Part shown: positions 16,703 through 25,358 of the stretch, in pieces | Layout of the letters: each line of letters starts with the position of its first letter | Position numbering within the stretch: the stretch's first letter is position 1 | Assembly (NCBI GenBank): GCA_045863335.1 | Contig: BTVY01000004.1 | Coordinates: 96,001-160,000 of the forward strand | Origin: Candidatus Hydrogenedentota bacterium | GTDB taxonomy: Bacteria > Hydrogenedentota > Hydrogenedentia > Hydrogenedentales > SLHB01 | Length of the DNA: 64,000 nt | Reading direction: 5' to 3' | Notes under the pieces: model-generated | Told to the model about the DNA's origin: nothing | What the model saw: only the letters and a program-made list of their open reading frames with translations | Database searches by the model: none | Program-made: the position numbers and the translations under genes

Positions 16703-18319
16703 GTGAACGGTGACGATCGTCTGGCCCTCGGTGTGAATTGGCAGCCCCCGGGCCAATTCGCCGCCGCTCCGAATTAGCTCTTCGCCGTTGATGGTGACTG
16801 TATACAGTTGGTCCAACTCCACCGTGTACCATTCCGGCCACTCGTTGAGGCGCGGATAGTTCACGGGCATGTTGAAGACGTACTGATGCCGCGGCACGTC
16901 GAACCGGATGCGGCCTTCCCAGGGGGAATGGGGTTCGACGACAACCAGCACGCCATCGCCGTCCGGCACCGCACCCAGTCGTAGGTCGTCGCGCCACGGT
17001 TCCGCCCAGGCTCCCTGCGATTTCATGAGCGCATACATGAGGGCCGTGCGCACGTAGTTCCCGTCGCCATACCAGTCCTCGATGATGCCGTCCTCCCGCT
17101 GACGCGCGAGAAATCGTCTCACGCAGGTGTCGAGCATTTCCTCGTCAACGATGTCGGGGAATCGATTGCGGAACACGATGGCGCTTTCCAATGCGTCGGA
17201 GTAGGCGTTCGACCCATAGTTACGCCCGCTGCCCTCGGGATCGTCGAGGTAGGTCGTGGGCTTTTCGACGACCGTCTTCAGCGCACGCAGCGTCGTATCA
17301 CGGAAGCGTGGTTCCCCCGTGATCAGGTAGGCGGTGTATACGCCGTTAAAGAGGTAGCCCCAACAATGGGCGTGGCGCGCGTCGGCCGGTTCGTAGGTGT
17401 CGAGCGCGATGGACGTGTACCAGATGCCGTCTTCGTTGAGTCCTACGTCCAGCAATTTGTGGACGAGCTGCGATAGCGGTTCCCGGTATCGTTCATATGC
17501 GGGGTGGCGGGTCGCTTTCGCGTACATGACCAGTTCAGAAAGCCCTCCGAGGATTTCGTTGCCGTGGTCCGAGAGAACAAACTTATCGGACGCCGGCTTT
17601 CCGTTTTCCAGGTCCCACATGTGCGACGGCAACCCATGGGAGTTGGGAATGACTTCCTGGAAATAGAAGTCCCCGATGCGAATGGCCTGATCGATATAGG
17701 CATCGTCGCCCGTGTCGTACGCGAGACGCACCAACGCCTGAAGCAACTCACCGTTCACTTCCGCGCTGAGCGAGGGGATCCTACCGAAGCGGGTTTCGTA
17801 CGGCGCGTACGCGATGATGTCGTCGACGATACCGCGCATGCGTTCGTACCACTGATGGTGACCGAGCAACTCCGATAAGGGCAGCAACCCGTCTTTCACA
17901 TATTCGCAACTCCCGAAGATCACGCGATCCATGTCGACTTCCGCATCCTCGAATCCCGCTTCGCCGAAGAGCACGTTGTCGGACAACTGCCCGGCGCGCC
18001 GCGTATGCAGCAACTCGTTTCGTAAGATGGCGAACATCGTCGTCTCGTAGGTTCGCCGGTCCGTGTAATACGCCGCCATGACGAGGAAGGGGTAGAGGTC
18101 CGCGGCCGAGTCCCGCACGTACCACATGTTCTGCGTGCCGCGCCGTTGCAGCAAACCGGTCACGGGATCGGCGCGTTCGAGCCACGCGTTCATGACCCGC
18201 TGGCTGCGCTGGAAGGCTTCTTGGGCTTGCGCGCCGTTACGGGAGGCATCGTCCACAGGAGCGGCAAAGCCCGGCAACACGAAGACCAGCGGTACCGCAG
18301 ACAGGGTGAGCTTAAACAT
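16685..18319 (-). CDS. Secreted hypothetical protein, probable (alpha/alpha)-barrel glycoside-hydrolase-like fold
   Basis: Signal peptide MFKLTLSAVPLVFVLPGFA behind AAGGAAGG; helical repeats with DSAADLYPF, DHGNE, WYGDGNYVRT; function not assignable. Confidence 0.6.
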   Translation of the reverse strand: MFKLTLSAVPLVFVLPGFAAPVDDASRNGAQAQEAFQRSQRVMNAWLERADPVTGLLQRRGTQNMWYVRDSAADLYPFLVMAAYYTDRRTYETTMFAILRNELLHTRRAGQLSDNVLFGEAGFEDAEVDMDRVIFGSCEYVKDGLLPLSELLGHHQWYERMRGIVDDIIAYAPYETRFGRIPSLSAEVNGELLQALVRLAYDTGDDAYIDQAIRIGDFYFQEVIPNSHGLPSHMWDLENGKPASDKFVLSDHGNEILGGLSELVMYAKATRHPAYERYREPLSQLVHKLLDVGLNEDGIWYTSIALDTYEPADARHAHCWGYLFNGVYTAYLITGEPRFRDTTLRALKTVVEKPTTYLDDPEGSGRNYGSNAYSDALESAIVFRNRFPDIVDEEMLDTCVRRFLARQREDGIIEDWYGDGNYVRTALMYALMKSQGAWAEPWRDDLRLGAVPDGDGVLVVVEPHSPWEGRIRFDVPRHQYVFNMPVNYPRLNEWPEWYTVELDQLYTVTINGEELIRSGGELARGLPIHTEGQTIVTVHNAKTP

Positions 18320-18386
18320 GAGAATTCCTTCCTTTGGGAGGGCCTGACAACTCAGAATCAGTGTACAGGAACCAAGCCTAATCAGC

Positions 18387-18419
18387 ACTGATCGGACCGA
18401 TCGGTCGGATCAGTCGGAT
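18387..18419. repeat. 9-bp-periodic near-palindromic repeat, copy 1 (intergenic)
   Basis: ACTGATCGG ACCGATCGG TCGGATCAG TCGGAT; matches 45784-45816 at 31 of 33 positions. Confidence 0.8.
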
Positions 18420-18449
18420 AAGCATCGATGAAGGAACTTCCGCCTCGCC

Positions 18450-18473
18450 AATCCGCAGTCCGAAATCCGCAAT
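18450..18473. repeat. Heptamer tandem repeat
   Basis: AATCCGC AGTCCGA AATCCGC AAT. Confidence 0.6.
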
Positions 18474-18486
18474 TGCCGACGGCCTC

Positions 18487-18527
18487 AAAAAGAAAACCGC
18501 CCCGGTGGGTTGCACACCGGGGCGGTT
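18487..18527 (-). terminator. Intrinsic terminator of the OmpA-domain gene
   Basis: 13-bp stem AACCGCCCCGGTG / CACCGGGGCGGTT followed by TTCTTTTT on the minus strand. Confidence 0.85.
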
Positions 18528-18551
18528 CGCAGGATTTCAGTTTGCTAAGGG

Positions 18552-19229
18552 TTACTCGGCGCCGAGCGTGATGTTGAACTGTGCACGGCGGTTCAGCTTC
18601 CGGTTCGCCGGACCATCGTTCGGCACGGCCGGCTGGGTTTCACCCAAGCTGACGGTCGAAACGCGTTCCGCGGCGATGCCGCTTTCCACCATGTAGTTCT
18701 TCACCGCGTCTGCGCGACGCTGACCAAGGCCCATGTTGTAGGACTCGCTGCCGAGGTCGCAGGTGTGACCTTCGATCACAACCGTGTCGCCCGGGTGAGC
18801 CTTCATCTCGTTGATCAGCTTGTCCACTTCCGCTTTGCCTTCCGGCTTCAACACGGCCTTGTCGAAATCGAACAGCACGTTGTTGAGCAGGATCTTCTGG
18901 CGCTCTACCGCCGGAGGAGGTGGAGGAGGCGGAGGTGGTGGGGGTGGCGGTGGCGGCGGCTGCACCCAGCAGTGGTACACCACGCCCCGGTTACCCCAAA
19001 GTTCCGTGTCGCCGCTGTTGGAGGCGGGCTCAGTGGGCCACCACCAATAGCACGAACGCGGAGCGTTGTCGGGGCAAATCGCCGCGCCCTGGTCGGGGTA
19101 CGGCTCGGGCGTCGCGCCCGTATTGCCCCACCAGGACATGTCGTCCCAGGTCTTGGGTCCGCAGGTAGCAGCGGTTGCGCTTCCGGCAACCAGCATGACC
19201 GCTACTACCCCAATCAGTAGTTTTTTCAT
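18552..19229 (-). CDS. OmpA-family peptidoglycan-binding protein with Trp/Cys-rich N-domain and poly-Pro linker
   Basis: Signal peptide MKKLLIGVVAVMLVAGSATA; VLFDFDKA, IEGHTC, YNMGLGQRRADAV, NRR; AAGGAG SD. Confidence 0.9.
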   Translation of the reverse strand: MKKLLIGVVAVMLVAGSATAATCGPKTWDDMSWWGNTGATPEPYPDQGAAICPDNAPRSCYWWWPTEPASNSGDTELWGNRGVVYHCWVQPPPPPPPPPPPPPPPPAVERQKILLNNVLFDFDKAVLKPEGKAEVDKLINEMKAHPGDTVVIEGHTCDLGSESYNMGLGQRRADAVKNYMVESGIAAERVSTVSLGETQPAVPNDGPANRKLNRRAQFNITLGAE

Positions 19230-19525
19230 TGTGGTCGTCTCCTTAGTTCCGCTTACTAAAATCCATGGTAGTCTACATTTAACCACAAAGGTGCATGGCT
19301 GTCAAGTTTACGAGGCCATGCACGCCAAATGCGCGCGTCGTAGGCTCCTGCATCGGGTTCACACACCCTTTACCCCGTTCGGGCGCACCCCTTGTGACAA
19401 CCTCCAGTGTAGCAGAGCCGCCCGGCGCTTACAAGTAGCCTGTAAGGACTATTACAATCCTCCCAGCGCCGTGATTCCCGTAAGGGCCGGGCCTGCTCCC
19501 ACTATCCACACTATTTACCTCGCCG

Positions 19526-19957
19526 TTATGCGGCGTAGGACGATTCATCGAACCGCGTACGCAACGTCGCCAGCGCCGAATGAATCGGGATATTGTCCCG
19601 AGTTTCAATCGCTTTCTTCAGTTTGGGAATAGCCCCGCCGACTTTCTTGCCGTTGCGGACCGTCCCAAACAGGTGCCGGCTAACGGTGGACTGCGTCAGA
19701 TTCAGCATGGCTGCAATATCTTCCTGCGTCTTGTTGCAGAAGTAGTACAGCCGAAGAATCTCGCGTTGCCGCGCCGTAAGCTTGGCATCGATGATGTCGT
19801 TGACGAAGGGCAGCACGCTGCGGAAGAAATCCTGCAACGCGTACCGCCGCTCGCGATCTTCGTCCGTTTCAAACCACAAGGCCCGCTCGGACGGAACGTT
19901 ATCCAGGTAAGCAGACTGGGTTGGAATTTCCCAGAATTCCGCATTGAACCGTGCCAT
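19526..19957 (-). CDS. sigma70 region-4 HTH protein without a recognisable region 2
   Basis: LTARQREILRLYY...TQEDIAAMLNLTQSTVSRHL; 143 aa; AAGGAG SD. Confidence 0.8.
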   Translation of the reverse strand: MARFNAEFWEIPTQSAYLDNVPSERALWFETDEDRERRYALQDFFRSVLPFVNDIIDAKLTARQREILRLYYFCNKTQEDIAAMLNLTQSTVSRHLFGTVRNGKKVGGAIPKLKKAIETRDNIPIHSALATLRTRFDESSYAA

Positions 19958-20151
19958 GATTGCACTCTCCTCTTCTACTTCGTCCCGATTGACTGTGCTC
20001 AGATGATGATTGGGATCGGTTGGCGCACATTCGTTTGCCCCAGCGGGGCACCGTAATCGCTACGGCGTCGTGATGTCGGAATTTCATTCGAGTTCTCCTT
20101 GTGGTTTGGTCTTGCGGTTCCGGCCCACCCGGCACCGCCAAAAAAGCCATG

Positions 20152-20195
20152 AAAATGAAAAGCGCCGCAGGCGTTTGGTTCTCGCCTGCGGCGCT
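20152..20195 (-). terminator. Intrinsic terminator in the leader of the sigma-region-4 gene (possibly bidirectional)
   Basis: Perfect 13-bp stem AGCGCCGCAGGCG / CGCCTGCGGCGCT followed by TTTCATTTT on minus; T-rich on plus too. Confidence 0.8.
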
Positions 20196-20245
20196 CAGTT
20201 TGTTTTGAGCTTTTTCTCTAAGGGGCTACTTCGATATCAGCACCT

Positions 20246-20391
20246 CGAGACGAGAACCGCAGGCGGGTACTCGGGCCACACCACGGATAAACGTGGACAT
20301 GGTGCACCACACCGCCTTCGCCTTATTGACGGCGTGTTGCGCGTCGGCGTAATGGAGTGTGTTGACCATGTTCCGTTTCTTTCTCGTCTCG
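20246..20391 (-). ncRNA. Structured RNA (three-way junction), riboswitch/attenuator-like
   Basis: 11-bp closing stem CGAGACGAGAA / TTCTCGTCTCG; long stem AAACGGAACATGGT / ACCATGTCCACGTTT; third stem CCGTGG...CTGCGG with G-U pairs favouring the minus strand. Confidence 0.5.
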
Positions 20392-20439
20392 TTACGGTTC
20401 GTTAAGTTCTGTCCGAATCTCTCACACGAATGAAGCGCT

Positions 20440-20468
20440 ATTAAAGCATAACGCTCCGGAGAGTGCAA
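20440..20468 (-). promoter_or_regulatory. sigma70 promoter for the structured leader
   Basis: TTGCAC-17 nt-TTTAAT with extended TG. Confidence 0.5.
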
Positions 20469-20595
20469 GCCCTTTCTTTGGTTCACTTTCAATCGGCTTC
20501 GGAATTGGTGAAACCTGGAGAAAGATCAGAGAAAGAAAAAGTGCTCCTCTCACCCATATCCACCGATATGCATACTTTTTTGCGGGACCATTTTC

Positions 20596-20651
20596 TGTAC
20601 ATTTTTGTACGGCAGACAGGTGTTATACCCATGATTGTACAAAATTGTACG
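20596..20651. promoter_or_regulatory. Two putative sigma54-activator binding sites
   Basis: TGTACATTTTTGTACG (20596-20611) and TGTACAAAATTGTACG (20636-20651), 40 bp apart, centred about -142 and -102 from the predicted start site. Confidence 0.6.
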
Positions 20652-20718
20652 AAGCGTTTTGTCGATCTGACAAATGTAAAGAGTTTACTGGTAGTGACTT
20701 GACAAATTCTTGACACCT

Positions 20719-20734
20719 TGGCACCGCTCTTGCA
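20719..20734 (+). promoter_or_regulatory. sigma54 promoter
   Basis: TGGCACCGCTCTTGCA, near-perfect TGGCAC-N5-TTGCA. Confidence 0.8.
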
Positions 20735-20824
20735 ACAGAACCCGCGGACTTGTAACGCAGGGGGTATGACAAGATGGGACTGGTAACGGCTGCAGAACCG
20801 ACTGTGCTGGGGATGGGTAACGAA

Positions 20825-21925
20825 ATGGGACTGACTTCCAAGCAGGCAATCCGGGGGAGAATTCTGATCGTCGATGACGAAAATGGACCGCGTCAGGCGT
20901 TGCGCATGCTTCTCAAAGAGGAGCACGACGTGTTTCTCGCCGAGGACGTCGCCAAGGCGCAGGCCCTGCTCCGGTCCGAGACCATCGATCTGGTCATCAC
21001 CGACCTCCGCATGCCCAAGCAATCGGGCGTCGAATTACTCCGTTGGACGAAGACCCAGTATCCGGAAACCGAGGTGATTATTCTCACGGGGTTCGGCGAA
21101 CTCGATTCAGCCATGAACGCCGTCGAATACGGGGCGCTGGCCTACATCGTCAAACCCTTCGACACGAAGGTCATGCTTCGTCACGTGGAGGAAGGCCTGA
21201 GCAAGCGCGTCAAGGAACTGGAACGCCGCCGGATGGAAGAGTTGGCCATGGAAGCCAATCGCTTCGAAACCCTCGGCCGTTTCGTCTCGGGCATGCTGCA
21301 CGACCTGGGAACGCCTCTGGCTGTTATCACGGGTCAATTGGAGATGATTCTCAACCGCCCGCAAATTTCCCCGACACCGGACCGGTTGCAGATGATGCAT
21401 AGCCAGATTGGGTTGTGTACGGACATCGTCCGGTCGGCTATGAACTTTCTACGCCATGAGACGCAGCGTTTCGCGATTCTCAACATCAATGACGTAGCTG
21501 AAACGTGCCTGAACGTGAGCATGCCGTTGATGCAGAAGATGGCCGTGAAAGTGAAGCGGGAACTCGAGCAGCAAGTGCCATTGTGTGAAGGCGACTTCGT
21601 TCTCATGCGCCAGGCCGTACTCAATCTCATCACCAATGCCTGCCAGGCCATGGACGGTCAGGCGCCTCCGCGGGAGATTCGCGTTCGCACTTGGCGGGAA
21701 CCGGACTACGTATGCATTTCCGTCAGCGATACCGGACCCGGAATTCCGGAAGAGAACCGGGCCAAGATCTTCGATACGTTTTACTCCACCAAGGGTAAGA
21801 ACGGAACGGGCCTGGGACTGGCCGCGGTCAAAAACATCATGCGCCGTCATAACGGCGAGGTTCATGTTGATGTGAACGAATGGAACGGCGCTGACTTCAC
21901 CCTGAAGTTCCCGATTCTAAAATGA
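20825..21925 (+). CDS. Soluble receiver + histidine kinase protein
   Basis: ILIVDDE, DLRMP, KPF; H-box LHDLGTPL; NLITNA, DTGPGI, FYSTK, GTGLGL; start could be 20813. Confidence 0.9.
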   Translation: MGLTSKQAIRGRILIVDDENGPRQALRMLLKEEHDVFLAEDVAKAQALLRSETIDLVITDLRMPKQSGVELLRWTKTQYPETEVIILTGFGELDSAMNAVEYGALAYIVKPFDTKVMLRHVEEGLSKRVKELERRRMEELAMEANRFETLGRFVSGMLHDLGTPLAVITGQLEMILNRPQISPTPDRLQMMHSQIGLCTDIVRSAMNFLRHETQRFAILNINDVAETCLNVSMPLMQKMAVKVKRELEQQVPLCEGDFVLMRQAVLNLITNACQAMDGQAPPREIRVRTWREPDYVCISVSDTGPGIPEENRAKIFDTFYSTKGKNGTGLGLAAVKNIMRRHNGEVHVDVNEWNGADFTLKFPILK

Positions 21926-22343
21926 TTGTTACGCTGTCTGTCCGCCTGCATGGATGTTGGCGGACGGGCGCGTGCAATCGCCGTCACACCGCATAAACTC
22001 CTCTCATTTCACCCTGAACGGGACCCGAAAAGAGGCGCCCCCGCCAGCCAGTCTGCTTGATTTCCATTCGGGATTGTGTTATCCGTTACGTCTCTGGGGT
22101 GCCATCCTTCCTGACGCGCGTCATCTGGTGCAGTCAATCGGTTTGAATGTCAGGGGGGCGGTACCGCAGAAACGAGATCCCAGGCGCGGAAATGCGGTGT
22201 CGCGTGGCAGGCCGCAATTGCGCACGAATTAACGTGTTTCACTATCCTCGCGCATGACCCAGAACCGCGCGCGAACCGGCTTGTGGTGCGACGGGCCGTG
22301 TGCGATCCCGGCGGGGTGTGCAGGGGCGGAAGTAGACTACTCC

Positions 22344-23132
22344 ATGAACATTCATCCAACGGCAATCATCGACCCTAAAGCCGAACTGGCGGACGATGTC
22401 GAGGTCCAGGCGTTCAGCATTGTCGGTCCCCACGTTCGAATCGGTGCGGGTACCATTGTCGGTCCCCACTGCGTCATCGAAGGCCGGACGATTCTGGGCG
22501 AACGTAACCGCTTATACTCCGGCGCGCAGGTGGGGGTAGTTTCCCAGGACCTCAAGCAGAAGCCGGAGTGCATCGGCCGCCTCGAAATCGGCAGCGGCAA
22601 CGTGATACGCGAGCATGCGACCATTAGCGCCAGTACGATGAGCAGTTACGAGGAAGAGCATCGCGTTACCACAATCGGCGACAACTGCCTCCTCATGACC
22701 TGCGCCCACGTGGGACACGACTGCTCGGTAGGAGACCACGTCATTCTGGCCAATTGCGTGGCCCTCGCCGGCCATGTGAAAGTCGAAGACCGGGCCATCA
22801 TCGGCGGTTTGAGCGCGATCCATCAGTTTTGCGTCGTTGGGCGGTTGGCGATGATCGGCGGGCTGAGCCGTGTGTGGCACGACGCGCCTCCTTACATGAT
22901 CATCGATGGGAATCCAGCGCGGTGCAAGGGACCCAATACGGTTGGTTTGCAGCGCAATGGGCTGACCGACGACGCCCGGTCGGCCATCAAGACGATGTAC
23001 AAGATCATGTTTCGATCGACGTTGAATACGACCCAAGCGATTCACGAAATTGAGGCGACCGTTGAAGACTGTCCGGAGCGCAGCCATTTCCTGGACTTTA
23101 TTGGCAATTCCATTCGAGGCATAACGAAGTAG
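22344..23132 (+). CDS. lpxA: Acyl-ACP--UDP-N-acetylglucosamine acyltransferase
   Basis: IHPTAII, hexapeptide repeats, QDLK, IREH, AHVGHDC, LAGHV, IHQF. Confidence 0.95.
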   Translation: MNIHPTAIIDPKAELADDVEVQAFSIVGPHVRIGAGTIVGPHCVIEGRTILGERNRLYSGAQVGVVSQDLKQKPECIGRLEIGSGNVIREHATISASTMSSYEEEHRVTTIGDNCLLMTCAHVGHDCSVGDHVILANCVALAGHVKVEDRAIIGGLSAIHQFCVVGRLAMIGGLSRVWHDAPPYMIIDGNPARCKGPNTVGLQRNGLTDDARSAIKTMYKIMFRSTLNTTQAIHEIEATVEDCPERSHFLDFIGNSIRGITK

Positions 23133-23289
23133 GTTCGTCACAGGTTTAGCAACACCTGAATCTCCAGACCGCGTATTGCGGACGCATCCGCAATACATCA
23201 GATAGTGGACTTTGAGCGGTCATCGGAAACCATAACCAGTACCAAGCGGAGCCGCGAGGTTCCGCGCGATACCCCGAAGGGCATCTCAC

Positions 23290-24243
23290 ATGCATCCCGT
23301 TCGCGTCGGCGTCGTCGGCGTCGGCCACCTAGGTTACCACCACGCGCGAAATTACGCGGCACTCGACAATGTCGTGTTGGCCGGCGTGGTGGATACGCAT
23401 GCGGAACGCCTGGCAAAGGCCGCGCAAGATTTCAACGCTCCAGGGTTCTCCACCGTATCCGAATTGCTCAAAGAAGGGGTTGATGCAGTCTCCGTGGTGG
23501 TGCCCACCAGCGCGCATCACGACGCGACCATCGCGCTGCTGGAAGCCGGGATAGACGTCCTCGTCGAGAAACCTATCGCGTCCACCATGGCCGAGGCCGA
23601 ACGCATGGTCTCGTCCGCCAGGGCTCACAATCGGCTATTGCAGGTCGGGCACATCGAGCGGTTCAACGGGGCTGTGGTGGCGCTGTTCGGGTCCGTGCGG
23701 GAGCCGCGATTCATCGAATGCCACCGGTTGAGTCCCTATCCGAATCGCGGCGAGGACGTGAGCGTGGTCTTGGATCTCATGATCCACGATCTTGAAATCG
23801 TGCGCGCGTTGGTTGGGGAACCCGTGACGGCCGTGGACGCCGTGGGCGTTCCCGTGTTCTCGAAACAGGAGGACATTGCCAACGCGCGAATTCGGTTTGC
23901 TTCAGGGTGTGTTGCGAATATCACGTGCAGCCGTGTGTCCGTCGAGCGCATGCGCAAGATTCGGATCTTCGCCCGGGAAAGCTACGTGTCCACCGATTAC
24001 AGCGCCCAGGAAGTGCTGGTCTACAGAAAGAAACCAGGGCCCCTCGAAGAGGGCATGACCCCCATGGATCTCATCTCCGTAGAGCCCTTGGACGTCCACA
24101 AGGATGAACCGCTGAAACTGGAACTCGCTTCGTTTGTACAGTGCGTGCGGGAACGCCGCCGTCCCCTGGTCTCCGGAGAGGACGCATTGGAAGCATTGGC
24201 CCTGGCGCAACAGGTGGTGGATTTCATCCGGGAGCATCCGTGA
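23290..24243 (+). CDS. Gfo/Idh/MocA oxidoreductase, GnnA-like by position
   Basis: GVGHLGYHH, VEKPI, VGHIERFN, DLMIHD; between lpxA and lpxB. Confidence 0.85.
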   Translation: MHPVRVGVVGVGHLGYHHARNYAALDNVVLAGVVDTHAERLAKAAQDFNAPGFSTVSELLKEGVDAVSVVVPTSAHHDATIALLEAGIDVLVEKPIASTMAEAERMVSSARAHNRLLQVGHIERFNGAVVALFGSVREPRFIECHRLSPYPNRGEDVSVVLDLMIHDLEIVRALVGEPVTAVDAVGVPVFSKQEDIANARIRFASGCVANITCSRVSVERMRKIRIFARESYVSTDYSAQEVLVYRKKPGPLEEGMTPMDLISVEPLDVHKDEPLKLELASFVQCVRERRRPLVSGEDALEALALAQQVVDFIREHP

Positions 24244-25358
24244 CGCGCATCTTCTTCTCAGCGGGAGAATCGTCGGGCGACATGCACGGGGCCAACCTGA
24301 TACGCGCGCTGAAGGAACTGGATCCGGCCCTCGAATGTGTCGGTCTCGGCGGCAAGCGCATGGAAGCCGCCGGCATGGAGTTGAAGCACGACCTCGCGAG
24401 CAATGCCATCATGGGGTTTGTCGAAGTGGTCAAGCACTTCGCGTTTTTCAAGCGGCTCTACGTGGAGACGGTTCGCGGCTTCGAGTATGAAGCGCCGGAC
24501 TGTCTCGTGGTAATCGATTATCCCGGTTTCAACATTCAGATCGCGAAACGGGCCAGCATGCTGGCCATCCCGGTCGTCTGGTACATCAGCCCCCAGGTGT
24601 GGGCCTGGAAACGCGGCCGCGTGCTGACCATCGCGCGCATCGTGGAGAAGATGCTGGTGATTCTGCCTTTTGAGAAGCGGCTATACGATGCCGTTGGCTT
24701 GGACTGTTCCTTCGTGGGGCATCCTCTGCTCGATCACGTCGCCGCGACACCCATCGAAGGGCTCTATCGCGAGGGCATGGTGATTGGTTTGTTGCCGGGA
24801 AGCCGCGAACAGGAGATTGGCCGGCTGTTCGGAACCATGGTTGACGTGGCAAAAGGCATTCGCGAGCAGCATCCGGAGGCGCGTTTCGTTGTGCCATGTG
24901 TCGATGAAGCGCGGCAGGAGCAGATACGATCGATCGCCGGGGACTTTCCCATTGAAACGGTAATTGGCAAGACCTATGAAGTGCTGGACGGCGCGCGGTT
25001 CTGCCTGGTCGCATCCGGGACCGCCACCGTGGAAACCACGCTCTTCGGCGTGCCCATGGTTATCCTGTATCGCGTGGCGCCGATAACCTATTGGCTGGCG
25101 CGCATGCTGGTACGCATCGACCATATCGGCCTGGTCAATATTCTCGCGGGCAAACGCATCGTGCCGGAGTTCGTTCAGCACGATGCCGCTCCGTCGAACA
25201 TTCTCCCGGTAGCGATTGAACTGATCGCCGACGGACCCAGGCGGGAGCAGATGCTCGCGGAACTACGCGCCGTACGAGACGCGTTGGGAGAAGCCGGGGC
25301 GAGTAAACGCGCGGCCGAACAAATCCTGGCAGTCGCCGGAAAGGGGAGCCATGGCTGA
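24240..25358 (+). CDS. lpxB: Lipid-A-disaccharide synthase
   Basis: AGESSGD, IDYPGFN, SPQVWAW, ILPFE, VGHPL, LPGSR, SGTATVE; GTGA overlap. Confidence 0.95.
   Translation: MTRIFFSAGESSGDMHGANLIRALKELDPALECVGLGGKRMEAAGMELKHDLASNAIMGFVEVVKHFAFFKRLYVETVRGFEYEAPDCLVVIDYPGFNIQIAKRASMLAIPVVWYISPQVWAWKRGRVLTIARIVEKMLVILPFEKRLYDAVGLDCSFVGHPLLDHVAATPIEGLYREGMVIGLLPGSREQEIGRLFGTMVDVAKGIREQHPEARFVVPCVDEARQEQIRSIAGDFPIETVIGKTYEVLDGARFCLVASGTATVETTLFGVPMVILYRVAPITYWLARMLVRIDHIGLVNILAGKRIVPEFVQHDAAPSNILPVAIELIADGPRREQMLAELRAVRDALGEAGASKRAAEQILAVAGKGSHG

Noticed and set aside
18387-18473. Short repeats as a CRISPR array
   Set aside because: No repeat-spacer periodicity and no cas genes in the window
18811-19050. 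Poly-Gly ORF or simple-sequence phase-variation tract
   Set aside because: Reverse complement of the poly-Pro linker; mixed Pro codons argue against a slippage tract
20226-20369. 47-codon ORF (MVNTLHYAD...) as a type I toxin or leader peptide
   Set aside because: Not hydrophobic, weak SD, no run of regulatory codons, and its AUG lies inside a predicted stem; the RNA-structure reading is preferred, though translation is not excluded
22091-22170. Hairpin as SRP (4.5S) RNA or tRNA
   Set aside because: Lacks the SRP GNRA tetraloop with CAGG/AGCA internal loop and any cloverleaf or T-loop
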